From Oxalobacteraceae bacterium (GTDB lineage Bacteria > Pseudomonadota > Gammaproteobacteria > Burkholderiales > Burkholderiaceae_D): 37,633 nucleotides of DNA. Within the stretch, counting starts at the first letter, position 1, and the number at the start of each line of letters is the position of its first letter. The stretch covers positions 1-37,633 of the forward strand of contig CANFGA010000001.1 of the NCBI GenBank assembly GCA_947446335.1. The letters are read 5' to 3'. The translations under genes and the position numbers were made by a program. A model generated the notes under the pieces. That model worked only from the letters and a program-made list of their open reading frames with translations. It was not told where the DNA came from and did not search any database. Of this stretch, positions 10,417-19,321 are shown piece by piece.

Positions 10417-10554
10417 GATGGCCATGGCCAGGCGCAACCGAGCCATGGCAATGACAACAGGCCGATGACGGCAATCATGGCGTCATCGGATCTTGAAAAA
10501 ACCACGGCGCCAGTCGCTGTGGCATCGCTGCGGTTCTTGAACAGTGCGCAGGCT

Positions 10555-11280
10555 TCAGGCGAAATAGGCTTGCTTGACTTCATCGCTGTTGCGCAGCGCC
10601 TCGGTGGTGCCGCTCGCTACCACCTTGCCTTGCATGAGCACGTAACCGTAATGCGCAAGCGCAAGGGTCTGGTGCACGTTTTGCTCGACCAGCAAGATCG
10701 TGATGCCGAGCCCATTGATGTGCTCGATGACGTTGAAGGTTTCCTTGACGAACAGCGGCGACAAGCCCAGCGACGGCTCGTCGATCAGCAACAACTTGGG
10801 CGCCGCCATCAAGCCGCGCCCGATCGAGAGCATCGCTTGCTCACCGCCGGACATGGTGCCGCTGAGTTGCTTGATGCGCTCCTTGAGGCGCGGGAAGATT
10901 TCATAGACTTCATCGAGGCGTTTGCGGATCACCTCACTGCTGTTTTCGCGGTAGGCGCCGATGCGCAGATTTTCTTCGACCGTCATCTTGGCAAAGACCT
11001 TGCGCCCTTCCGGAATGCAGGCGATGCCAGCCTGGTTGATACGGTGGGTTGCCAGGGCGGTGATGTCGCGGCCCTCGAAACGGATGTTGCCGCTGTGCGG
11101 CCTGGTCAAGGACAGGATCGAGCGGATCATCGTCGATTTGCCGGAACCGTTTGCGCCCAGGATGCAAGTGATCTTGCCCGGTGCCACATCGACCGACACA
11201 TCGGTGAGGACATCGGCCTTGTCGTAGGCGGTGTAGATGTGTTCGACCTGAAGGCCGATGGCGCGTGCTGCTGTGCTCAT
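10555..11280 (-). CDS. livF: LIV/HAAT-family ABC transporter ATP-binding protein (LivF-like)
   Basis: GANGSGKS, IPEGRKVF, MSGGEQAML, LIDEPSLGLSP, LVEQN; ATG 11280 overlaps the livG stop. Substrate not established. Confidence 0.92.
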   Translation of the reverse strand: MSTAARAIGLQVEHIYTAYDKADVLTDVSVDVAPGKITCILGANGSGKSTMIRSILSLTRPHSGNIRFEGRDITALATHRINQAGIACIPEGRKVFAKMTVEENLRIGAYRENSSEVIRKRLDEVYEIFPRLKERIKQLSGTMSGGEQAMLSIGRGLMAAPKLLLIDEPSLGLSPLFVKETFNVIEHINGLGITILLVEQNVHQTLALAHYGYVLMQGKVVASGTTEALRNSDEVKQAYFA

Positions 11281-12062
11281 GATTGTCCCAAGTAAGCTTC
11301 CTGCACTTGCAAATTGGCGGCGATTTCGCGGTACGTCCCTTCGCACAATTTCTTGCCATAGTTGAAGATAACGCAACGATCGGTGATGCGCTCGATCACG
11401 TTCATTTCATGTTCGATGATGACGATCGTCAAGCCAGGAATACGCTCGCGCACGGCCAGGATGTCGTCCATCAGTTCGCGCGTTTCTTCGTGCGTCATGC
11501 CAGCCGATGGCTCGTCGAGCAACAGCAGGCGCGGCTTGCTGACCAGCGCCCGGCAAATTTCGATACGGCGGCGATCGATCATGTTGACCGATCCGGCCGC
11601 ATCGAACAATTTCGTGCCGAGCGAGCTTGAAAACGTGGTCACGAGTTGCCAGGCTTCATCGTAGTTTTTTTCGAACTGACGCTTCAGTGCGCTGCGCTGG
11701 ACCAGGTTGAACCAGAAGCCATGGTTCAGATTCTGATGATTGCCGATCATGATGTTGTCGAAAATCGTCAATGGCAGCGACAGCCGCGAGCGCTGAAACG
11801 TGCGGGTGATGCCGCAGCGATAGATCTCCTGCGCCGCCAGGCGGCTGATGTCGCGATCTTCGAACCGGATGTTGCCGGCGCTGGCCGTGTAGATGCCGGT
11901 GAGGACATTGAATAGCGTGGTCTTGCCCGAGCCATTGGGTCCCAGCAAGCCGAGGATTTCACCTTGCCGGATCTCCATGCTCAGGTTATCCAGCGCGACC
12001 AGGCCGCCGAAACGCATGGTCAGGTTGCGGCATTCGAGGATGGGCTTTCTGCTGGTCGTCAT
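11277..12062 (-). CDS. livG: LIV/HAAT-family ABC transporter ATP-binding protein (LivG-like)
   Basis: MRFGGLVAL, GPNGSGKTT, ITRTFQ, LLDEPSAG, IEHEM, VQEAYLG; start MTTSRKP overlaps the livM stop. Confidence 0.92.
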   Translation of the reverse strand: MTTSRKPILECRNLTMRFGGLVALDNLSMEIRQGEILGLLGPNGSGKTTLFNVLTGIYTASAGNIRFEDRDISRLAAQEIYRCGITRTFQRSRLSLPLTIFDNIMIGNHQNLNHGFWFNLVQRSALKRQFEKNYDEAWQLVTTFSSSLGTKLFDAAGSVNMIDRRRIEICRALVSKPRLLLLDEPSAGMTHEETRELMDDILAVRERIPGLTIVIIEHEMNVIERITDRCVIFNYGKKLCEGTYREIAANLQVQEAYLGQS

Positions 12063-13297
12063 TTTCCACTCCAGCCGGGCACATAGCTGCGCAAGCGCCG
12101 CGGAAACAGCCCGTCCTGGCGAAACAACAGGATCAGGATCACCGCGATCGCATACAGCAAGAAGCGGTATTCCTGGATAGACTGCAGCTTTTCCGGCAAC
12201 AGCACCACCAGCACTGCCGCCGGCAAGATGCCCCACGCATTGCCCATGCCGCCCATGACCACGATCGAAATCATGATCAGCGAATCGGCAAACGTAAAAT
12301 TGGTCGGCGCCACGAAGCCGGTCATCATCGCAAAGAATGCGCCAGCCACGCCGGCGAAGCCATTGCCGAGCATGAAAGCGCTGATTTTCCAGCGCCGGAC
12401 CTGGATGCCGAAGGTCGATGCCGCGGTTTCATCGATGCGCACGGCATCGAAGGCCAGGCCGATCCATGAACGCTCGATGCGCTTGGTGATCGTGAAGGCG
12501 AGCGCGGCAAGCACCAGAGCGCAGAGCGCATAGTTGGCATAAAAAGAAATCGTGATGTCGCCGATCTCGATATTGTCACGCAAGACCCAGCCGAATATCT
12601 GCATGCCCGGCACTTTCAAGCCTTGCGCTCCGCCCAGCGTTTCGTTCACTTCCAGAAAGGTGCGAAAAAGAATGCCGAACGCGATCGTCACCAGCGCCGC
12701 ATAGTGGCCGCGCGTGCGCAGCACCGGCAGCAGCAAAATGGCGCCGATTGCCGCCGCCATCACGCCACCGAGAAACAGAATCAACAGGTGCGGCAATTGC
12801 GTGTGCACCGCCAGCACTGCCGCGGTGTAACTGCCCACGCCAAAAAACGCGGCGCCGGCGAAGTTGACCACCCCGGCATACCCGGTCTGCAGGTTCAGGC
12901 CCAGACACACCACCGCATACACCAGCACCGTGCACAGCATCAGCAAGGCGAAATGCGCTGCGTGGAACACCGCAATGAAGATCAGAAACCCGGCCAGCAC
13001 CGTGCCATTCATCAGCGCGTGATGGCTATCGAAGGCCCGTTCGGCGCGTTGCGCAATGCCGCTGCGGTTCGCCGCGTAGCCCGCCACGCCGGCCAGGAAG
13101 AGCAAGCTCAGCAACAGCCACTGGTTTTCAGCGGCCATGGCAAAGATCGCCAACAGCAGCGTCAGCAGCACGCCGCCGACAGCGAGCAACAGATTGGTCC
13201 GGCCTGTACCGATGCCTGTGCCGTTATCGGGACCGGTTCCGGTAACGGTCCCGGCGACTGGATTGATCGGTGCCGCCTTGCCTGAAGCATTTTTCAT
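12059..13297 (-). CDS. livM: LIV/HAAT-family ABC transporter permease (LivM-like)
   Basis: LGLNLQTGYAG, LRTRGHYAALVTIAFG, AVRIDETAA, MGGMGN; many hydrophobic segments. Confidence 0.92.
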   Translation of the reverse strand: MKNASGKAAPINPVAGTVTGTGPDNGTGIGTGRTNLLLAVGGVLLTLLLAIFAMAAENQWLLLSLLFLAGVAGYAANRSGIAQRAERAFDSHHALMNGTVLAGFLIFIAVFHAAHFALLMLCTVLVYAVVCLGLNLQTGYAGVVNFAGAAFFGVGSYTAAVLAVHTQLPHLLILFLGGVMAAAIGAILLLPVLRTRGHYAALVTIAFGILFRTFLEVNETLGGAQGLKVPGMQIFGWVLRDNIEIGDITISFYANYALCALVLAALAFTITKRIERSWIGLAFDAVRIDETAASTFGIQVRRWKISAFMLGNGFAGVAGAFFAMMTGFVAPTNFTFADSLIMISIVVMGGMGNAWGILPAAVLVVLLPEKLQSIQEYRFLLYAIAVILILLFRQDGLFPRRLRSYVPGWSGK

Positions 13298-13301
13298 CGC
13301 G

Positions 13302-14222
13302 TCAAACCCTTTCACTCGTTTTTTCACCGATCAAGCCGGTCGGCTTGAAGCCGATCAGGATGATCACGACCGCGAATGCGAATACATCCTTGTAAGCGCT
13401 GGAGAATGGCATGGCCACCACGCCGATGATCTGCAATGCGGCGAACAGGAATCCGCCGAGGATGGCGCCGTAAATGTTGCCCAGGCCGCCGATGACAGCG
13501 GCACTGAATCCGATCACGCCCAGCATCAAGCCGGTGCCGAAATTGATTTCGTTGTAATACAGCCCGTTCATCACCCCGGCCAGCGCAGCGAGCGCCGAGC
13601 CCAGGCCGAACGTGAGCAACACGACCAATTCGAAATGGATGCCCATGATGCGCGCGGTTTCACCATCTTGCGCCACGGCGCGGATCGCCAGGCCCAGTTT
13701 GGTATGGTTGATCAGCAAGTTCACCAGATAGATCACCAGCACGCCGACCGCGATCAAGATCAGGGTATCGATGCGCAAGATGAAGCGGCCGAATTCGAAC
13801 GAGGTGCTCGGCAACAGATGCGGAAACGACTGCGGATTCGATCCGCTGGGGTAAAACAGGCGGATCGATTCGCGGATCACGGTTCCGACCATCAGCGTGA
13901 TCAACAGCGTGATGAAGGGCGGCGCGCTACGCAGTGGCAACACCAGAAACTTCGCGATCAAGGCGCCCAGCAATGCCATGCTGGCAACTGCCGCCAGCAC
14001 CACGAGCACGAGCAACAGCAGCGGCGAGGTGACACCGGCATCGCTCAAGATGATGTAACTACCCAGACTGACGAACACCCCCAGCGTCAGCACGTCGCCG
14101 TGCGAAAACTTGATCACGTCGAGCACGCCAAAGAACAGCGTGAATCCGACCGCCACCATCGCATAGATCACGCCGAGCATGATGCCATTGAAACCGTATT
14201 GCGCGATCAAGCCGATATCCAT
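13302..14222 (-). CDS. livH: LIV/HAAT-family ABC transporter permease (LivH-like)
   Basis: NGIMLGVIYAMVAVGFTLFFGVLDVIKFSHG, GLAIRAVAQD, AAVIGGLGNIYGA, KPTGLIG. Confidence 0.92.
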   Translation of the reverse strand: MDIGLIAQYGFNGIMLGVIYAMVAVGFTLFFGVLDVIKFSHGDVLTLGVFVSLGSYIILSDAGVTSPLLLLVLVVLAAVASMALLGALIAKFLVLPLRSAPPFITLLITLMVGTVIRESIRLFYPSGSNPQSFPHLLPSTSFEFGRFILRIDTLILIAVGVLVIYLVNLLINHTKLGLAIRAVAQDGETARIMGIHFELVVLLTFGLGSALAALAGVMNGLYYNEINFGTGLMLGVIGFSAAVIGGLGNIYGAILGGFLFAALQIIGVVAMPFSSAYKDVFAFAVVIILIGFKPTGLIGEKTSERV

Positions 14223-14351
14223 CGTCTCTGTCCGGTCGTGGGTCCGCCGCAGCAAGACCCGGGTTGATCATGCAGTACAGGGAGGCGAACATCCCGTGCC
14301 GCTCGAAGATGGACACACAGTCCGGTACCGGCCGCCCACCATGGTCAAGAA

Positions 14352-15542
14352 TCAGCGCCCCTTGAGCTTGCGTTTGCCGCTGGCGTATTCGCTGTCACTC
14401 CAATCGATCCACTTGCCGTCCTGCACCACATATTTGGTCGTGGTCGGATTGATGTTCTGGCCGTACTCATCAAACGTGACCTTGCCGACGATGGAGTCGT
14501 AATCCTTGACCTTGCCGAGTTCGTTGTTTATTTTTTTGCGGTTCGGGCCGGTCTTTTCGATCGTGTCCATCACCAGCGACGTGGCAACGTAGGCATACGG
14601 GCCGTACGCTTCCGGCGGTTCGTTGTACTTGGCCGCGGCGTATTGCTCGATGAAGAATTTTCCGCCCGGCAGTTTTGCCACCGGCGGGCTGTCATACATC
14701 GCGATGGTCCCTTCGGCCAGCGCGCCAGCGGCGCTCACGAATGCTTCGCCGACGATGCCCGAGGTGCCCTGAAATTGCGCATTGATGCCAAGCTTGTGCA
14801 TTTGTGTCAGCACGCGCACGCCGATGCCGGTCAAGCCGCCGAAATAAATGATTTCAGGATTGAGCTCCTTGATCTTGGTGAGTTCGGCATTGAAGTCTTG
14901 CTGGTCGGCACCGACACCGAAGCTGCCCAGCATGGTGCCACCGCTTTCCTTGAGATACTGGCTGAAGTATTTGTACATCGATTTGCCGTAATCGGTGGTG
15001 TCGTAGATGGCGACCCAGCGCTTGTACTTTTGCTCCCCGGTCAAAAATTGCGCCGCGACCTGATTCTGCTTGATCAGCGTGGCGCTGACGCGATGCATTT
15101 CCTTGATTTTCTGGCCATAGATGATTTCCGGCAGCACCGCGGCCCAGATCACGGTCGGCACGCTGAACTGGCGGTAGACATCGACGGTGGCGATTGCGAC
15201 CGAAGAGCAATAATGCGGGATGATGGCCATGATCGCATTGTCGGCCGCCGCCTTGGTAGCGACCTGCACCCCGACGTTGGGCTTGCATTCGTCGTCGAGG
15301 CTGATCAACTGAAAGTTGTACTTCGATTTGGCGTCGGCATTGTGCAGCTTGACTGCGAGTTCGGCAGAATTGCGTCCGCCCAGGCCGTGCGAAGAATTGG
15401 AGCCCGTCAGCGGCCCGATGAAGGCGATCTTCACCGTGTCCTTGGCCGCGGCGCTCAATGAAAAAACGCCCAGGCCCAGGCCCAGACTGAGACCAAGACC
15501 GACTAAGCAGGTATTGATGGTGCGCGTCGATGATGCATGCAT
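14352..15542 (-). CDS. LivK/LivJ-like periplasmic substrate-binding protein
   Basis: Signal peptide ending SAAA, VKIAFIGPLTG, DDECKP, HYCSS, YDTTDYG; GGAG RBS before ATG 15542. Confidence 0.92.
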   Translation of the reverse strand: MHASSTRTINTCLVGLGLSLGLGLGVFSLSAAAKDTVKIAFIGPLTGSNSSHGLGGRNSAELAVKLHNADAKSKYNFQLISLDDECKPNVGVQVATKAAADNAIMAIIPHYCSSVAIATVDVYRQFSVPTVIWAAVLPEIIYGQKIKEMHRVSATLIKQNQVAAQFLTGEQKYKRWVAIYDTTDYGKSMYKYFSQYLKESGGTMLGSFGVGADQQDFNAELTKIKELNPEIIYFGGLTGIGVRVLTQMHKLGINAQFQGTSGIVGEAFVSAAGALAEGTIAMYDSPPVAKLPGGKFFIEQYAAAKYNEPPEAYGPYAYVATSLVMDTIEKTGPNRKKINNELGKVKDYDSIVGKVTFDEYGQNINPTTTKYVVQDGKWIDWSDSEYASGKRKLKGR

Positions 15543-15785
15543 GGCCGATGCTCCGTAAGTGATCCCGCGTACATGCTCGCCGTGCGGTGAGCACACTGAG
15601 GACAATTACACCATCGACGCCCACGCACAATGTGAAACAAAGCGACCGTCGATTGCACTTTTTCGCCATCGGCGGGATCCGGCCCGCTGCGCGGCAAGCC
15701 GCCATGACATATACCCCTACAACAAATGCAATAAATGATTACATCTATTGCAATACTGGCTTACAAATTGCTTATATTCTGGAAA

Positions 15786-15809
15786 CGACATGATATGTCG
15801 CCATCAGAT
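15786..15809. promoter_or_regulatory. Back-to-back ATGTCG half-sites in the divergent transporter/regulator promoter region
   Basis: CGACAT-GAT-ATGTCG (15786-15800). Minus copy reads ATGTCGTTTCCAGAA (compare ATGTCGTTTTCAGGA at 27495); plus copy reads ATGTCGCCATCAGAT (compare ATGTCGCCATGCGAT at 30815). Confidence 0.55.
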
Positions 15810-15870
15810 CGGCATCGGTGCACACTCGCATCACCAGCGCACGCCATTTTGGGGTCGCACAGGCAAGCAA

Positions 15871-15930
15871 GAATGAGCGCACCGAAAAGGAATGGCCGCA
15901 CTAAAACGGAATGGGTGCACTAAAAAGGAG
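15871..15930 (+). repeat. 19-bp imperfect tandem repeat ending in the RBS of the AraC regulator
   Basis: GCACCGAAAAGGAATGGCC (15879), GCACTAAAACGGAATGGGT (15898), GCACTAAAAAGGAG (15917), preceded by partial GAATGAGC. Confidence 0.8.
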
Positions 15931-15937
15931 ATACACA

Positions 15938-16933
15938 ATGTCACTGGAACACGTCATGTCCCGCACTGCGGGATTGTCCGTCGGCTTCATCCTCGCACCT
16001 GGCTTCACCATGGTGGCGTTCGTCGCATTTGTCGATACCTTGCGCCTGGCCGCTGACGAAGGCGATCGCAGTCGCCCCATCCACTGTCGCTGGAGCATTC
16101 TGAGCCATAACATGCAGCCGATCCGCGCCAGTTGCGGCATCGAGATCACGCCGACGACCGAACTGCCCGACCCGAGGGGCTTCGATTACATCATCGTTGT
16201 CGGCGGCTTGCTCACAGCGCCCAGACTGGACCCGTCGCTGTGTGCCTATCTCAAACTGGCCAACGAGCGCAAGGTGGCGCTGGTGGGCTTGTGCACCGGT
16301 GGCTTCACGCTCGCGCGCCTGGGCCTGATGGACGGCTATCGCACCTGTGTCAGCTGGTTTCACTGCGGCGAATTCGCCAGCGAATTTCCACACCTGCAAG
16401 TGATTTCAGATGAGCTGTATGTCGTCGACCGGGACCGCTTGACCTGCGCCGGCGGTACCAGCGTCGTGCATCTGGCCGCCTTTCTGGTCGAGCGCCACAA
16501 CAGCAAGGGCCAGGCCGCGAAGGCGTTGCGGATCCTGATCGAGAACGCGCTGCAATCGGAACGGGCATTGCAACCGCAACCGCTGTTTACCGAAGAGACT
16601 GAAAACTTGCGCGTGCGCAAGGCCATGCTGCTGATCGAACGCAATCTGAGCACGCCGCTGTCGACCGAATTCATCGCCCGGCACGTGAGCATCAGTGACC
16701 GTCATCTCGAGCGCCTGTTCCTGGCCGAGATCGGCATCAGTCCCTCGACGTTCGCGCTGAAGCTGCGTCTGTCGAATGCCTATCGCTTGCTGGAAACGAC
16801 CCGCAATTCGATCATCGATATCGCCGTCCAATGCGGGTTTCAAAGCAGCTCGCATTTTTCGCGCAGCTTTCGCGGTGCACACGGCATGTCACCTTCGCAG
16901 GTGCGCAAGCAAGTGTGTCACGGCGCGGCGTGA
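15938..16933 (+). CDS. GlxA-family (DJ-1/GATase-like plus AraC HTH) transcriptional regulator, SouR-like candidate
   Basis: VGFILAPGFT, LRLAADEGDRSRP, GLCTGGF, TCAGGT, C-terminal SDRHLERLF and CGFQSSSHFSRSF; AAGGAG RBS before ATG 15938. SouR assignment rests on context and recalled similarity. Confidence 0.9.
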   Translation: MSLEHVMSRTAGLSVGFILAPGFTMVAFVAFVDTLRLAADEGDRSRPIHCRWSILSHNMQPIRASCGIEITPTTELPDPRGFDYIIVVGGLLTAPRLDPSLCAYLKLANERKVALVGLCTGGFTLARLGLMDGYRTCVSWFHCGEFASEFPHLQVISDELYVVDRDRLTCAGGTSVVHLAAFLVERHNSKGQAAKALRILIENALQSERALQPQPLFTEETENLRVRKAMLLIERNLSTPLSTEFIARHVSISDRHLERLFLAEIGISPSTFALKLRLSNAYRLLETTRNSIIDIAVQCGFQSSSHFSRSFRGAHGMSPSQVRKQVCHGAA

Positions 16934-16935
16934 GC

Positions 16936-18051
16936 CTAACGCTCGAGCGTCACCTCGCTCAGCGGCTTGCTGCAACAGGGCAAAATCCAGCCCTGATCGA
17001 TCTCGCGCTGGCGGATGCCGCCGGCGTGTTTCATCTCGACCTGGCCTGACAGCATTTTTGTTTTGCAGGTACCGCACATGCCCTTGGTGCACGATACCGG
17101 CAAGCGCATGCCCGCTGCCCGCGCAGCAGCGAGGATGGTTTGCGTCGCGTCGCAGATGACCACATCGCCAGTCTTGGTGAAGTGCACCGCATGGCTCGTT
17201 CTTTGAACCAGGATGCCTTCAGCGGCGATATCGGCCAGCGTCTCGACCAAAGTCGCCACCATCAGGGTTTCGAATGAAAAGCTTTCTTCGTGATAGCGCG
17301 CCATGTCAAAACCGGCTTGCTGCAGCAGCGACCGGACCGCCGCCATGTAAGGCGCAGGACCGCAGGTATAGATTTCACGGTCAAGGAAATCGGGCACGAC
17401 ATTGTGCAATACCGACTGATTCAAGAAACCGGTAAACCCGGCCCAGGCCGGTTGATCGCCGCGTCGCTCGCAGACAAAGCCGAGCCTAAAGCGGGCCTGA
17501 TTTCTGGCCATCAAGGCCAGTTCATCGGCGAAAATGATGTCGTCGGGCGTGCGCGCACTGTGCACGAAGGCGATATCGGCATCCAGAGCAAGATCATGCA
17601 GCGCGCGCGACATCGACATCAACGGCGTGATGCCGCTGCCGGCCGACAGAAAGAGGTATTTTCGCAGTGGCTGCGGCGCTGGCATGAAACAGGAAAATTC
17701 ACCGGCAGGACCGAGCATGCGCACGCTGTCACCGGCCTGCAAATTGTCGTGCAGCCAGTTCGAGGCAAGGCCGCCCGGCACGCGCTTGACCGTGATGGCG
17801 ACCGTATCGGGACGCGTCGGACTCGACGACAGCGTGTAGCAGCGATTGATGGTCTTGCCTTCGATGTCCAGTTCCAGCGTGATGAACTGTCCTGGCGCAT
17901 GGCGCATCAGGCGCGGCGCGGCGGTGCTGAAGACGAAGGTTTTGACATCCGCTGTTTCCGGCCTCACCTGCCGGCAAATCAAGGTGTCATCGTGCGCGCC
18001 ATCCCACAAGGCTGCTGCGATACGCAAGTCCGGCTGCAAAACGTCAGGCAT
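16936..18051 (-). CDS. gbcB: Glycine betaine monooxygenase reductase subunit (FNR-type FAD/NAD domains plus C-terminal 2Fe-2S ferredoxin)
   Basis: RCYTLSSSP, AGSGITP, YTCGP, CTKGMCGTC...PCC; adjacent to the Rieske subunit; GGAG RBS before ATG 18051. Confidence 0.88.
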   Translation of the reverse strand: MPDVLQPDLRIAAALWDGAHDDTLICRQVRPETADVKTFVFSTAAPRLMRHAPGQFITLELDIEGKTINRCYTLSSSPTRPDTVAITVKRVPGGLASNWLHDNLQAGDSVRMLGPAGEFSCFMPAPQPLRKYLFLSAGSGITPLMSMSRALHDLALDADIAFVHSARTPDDIIFADELALMARNQARFRLGFVCERRGDQPAWAGFTGFLNQSVLHNVVPDFLDREIYTCGPAPYMAAVRSLLQQAGFDMARYHEESFSFETLMVATLVETLADIAAEGILVQRTSHAVHFTKTGDVVICDATQTILAAARAAGMRLPVSCTKGMCGTCKTKMLSGQVEMKHAGGIRQREIDQGWILPCCSKPLSEVTLER

Positions 18052-18053
18052 GG

Positions 18054-19298
18054 CTACTCCATCAAGGCGGACAAGCGTCCGACATACCAATTGCAAAATT
18101 TATTCACCAGCGTTTCAGTCAGTGGCGAATACGGACCCGGTTCATAAGCCTTGCTGCGGATGCCCAGTTGCGATTGCTCGACAAGCGCACGGTCCTGGGC
18201 ATTGGTGGCCAGCCATACCGCGAGCAAATTATCGAGCTCGTAGTCGCGGCCATCCACCGCATCCTTGTGCACCAGCCAGGTCGTGCGCACCAGAGTTTTT
18301 TCAGCCGAAATCGGCAGTACCGTGAACGTGACGATATGGTCGCTCATGAAGTGGTGCCAGGAATTGGGCTGGGTCCAGAACGACAGGCCGCCCAATGCGG
18401 CATCGGTGAAGTCACCCAGCAGTTTCTTGCTGGCCACTTCGCCATTCAAGGTCTGCGATTCACCGGCCCGGTCCAGCGGCAAGCGCTGGGTGCGAAAGCC
18501 GGTGATGCAGTCATCGAGATGGTCGATTTCTTGCGACGGCAAGCCCATGGCATCCCATTGGCTGAGATACTTTTTCATCGCCACCTGATACTGTTCCAGA
18601 CCCTCGCTATCCTCGGCATTGGCCTGGTAGCCGAAACCGTACTCGTACAACGACACGGTCAGCTCCGGATGGTTGGCGCGGCAGTGGTAGCACTCGCGGT
18701 TGTTCTCCATCGTCAGCTTCCAGTTGCAATCCTCGATCATGTCGATCTGCTTGGCGACCTTGCAGTCGGCGATGCGATGCGGTGCGATGTAGGGTGCCAT
18801 CGCGCGCGCCATCTCGTCGATATCGGTGGGCGCATTATCAGCGAGGCAAATGAACAGCAAGCCGCTGATATTACGCAAATGAATCGACTTCAGATTGTGA
18901 CCGGTGACGTCAAATTTTTCACCCATGTGTTCGGCGAACATCAGCGCGCCTTGCAAGTTGTAAGTCCACTGATGGTAAGGACAGACCAGGTTGCCAACCG
19001 CGCCTTGATCCTTTTGGCACAGGCGTGATCCGCGGTGGCGACACACGTTATGGAAGGCATGTATTTCCATGTCGTCGTCGCGCACGATCAGCACCGACGT
19101 GTTGCCGATGTCGAGTGTGATGTAGTCGCCCGCTTCCGGCAAGCTCGGCTCGGCTGCGGCATAGATCCAGTGCCGGTTGAAGATCAAGTCGAGATCCGCA
19201 TCAAAAATGGCCGGATCGGTGTAAAACGGCGCCTCCAGGCTATGGCCAGGTTGGCGACGTGCCAGCAATGCGCGAAGATCGGGTGTGGGAGCGGTCAT
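18054..19298 (-). CDS. gbcA: Glycine betaine monooxygenase (demethylase) Rieske oxygenase subunit
   Basis: Rieske CRHRGS...CPYHQW; mononuclear iron motif NWKLTMENNRECYHC..NHP; NAQDR. Alternative TTG start at 19325. Confidence 0.9.
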   Translation of the reverse strand: MTAPTPDLRALLARRQPGHSLEAPFYTDPAIFDADLDLIFNRHWIYAAAEPSLPEAGDYITLDIGNTSVLIVRDDDMEIHAFHNVCRHRGSRLCQKDQGAVGNLVCPYHQWTYNLQGALMFAEHMGEKFDVTGHNLKSIHLRNISGLLFICLADNAPTDIDEMARAMAPYIAPHRIADCKVAKQIDMIEDCNWKLTMENNRECYHCRANHPELTVSLYEYGFGYQANAEDSEGLEQYQVAMKKYLSQWDAMGLPSQEIDHLDDCITGFRTQRLPLDRAGESQTLNGEVASKKLLGDFTDAALGGLSFWTQPNSWHHFMSDHIVTFTVLPISAEKTLVRTTWLVHKDAVDGRDYELDNLLAVWLATNAQDRALVEQSQLGIRSKAYEPGPYSPLTETLVNKFCNWYVGRLSALME

Positions 19299-19321
19299 AT
19301 CGGGGTTCTCGGTGACAGGAA

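Noticed and set aside
4414-10446. Long minus-strand ORFs over sox-purU (4414-5385, 6631-7917, 7939-9258, 9544-10446)
   Set aside because: Shadow frames of well-supported genes.
10417-10554. GCCATGGC palindromes and the 10465-11295 plus ORF after purU
   Set aside because: Short GC-rich palindromes with no convincing terminator; the ORF is antisense to the LivF-like gene.
15871-15930. Possible mini-CRISPR
   Set aside because: Units are contiguous 19-mers without spacers and no cas genes are present; kept as a tandem repeat.
18054-19298. Aromatic ring-hydroxylating dioxygenase interpretation of the Rieske protein
   Set aside because: No beta subunit or ring-cleavage genes; context supports GB demethylase, though another betaine substrate is not excluded.
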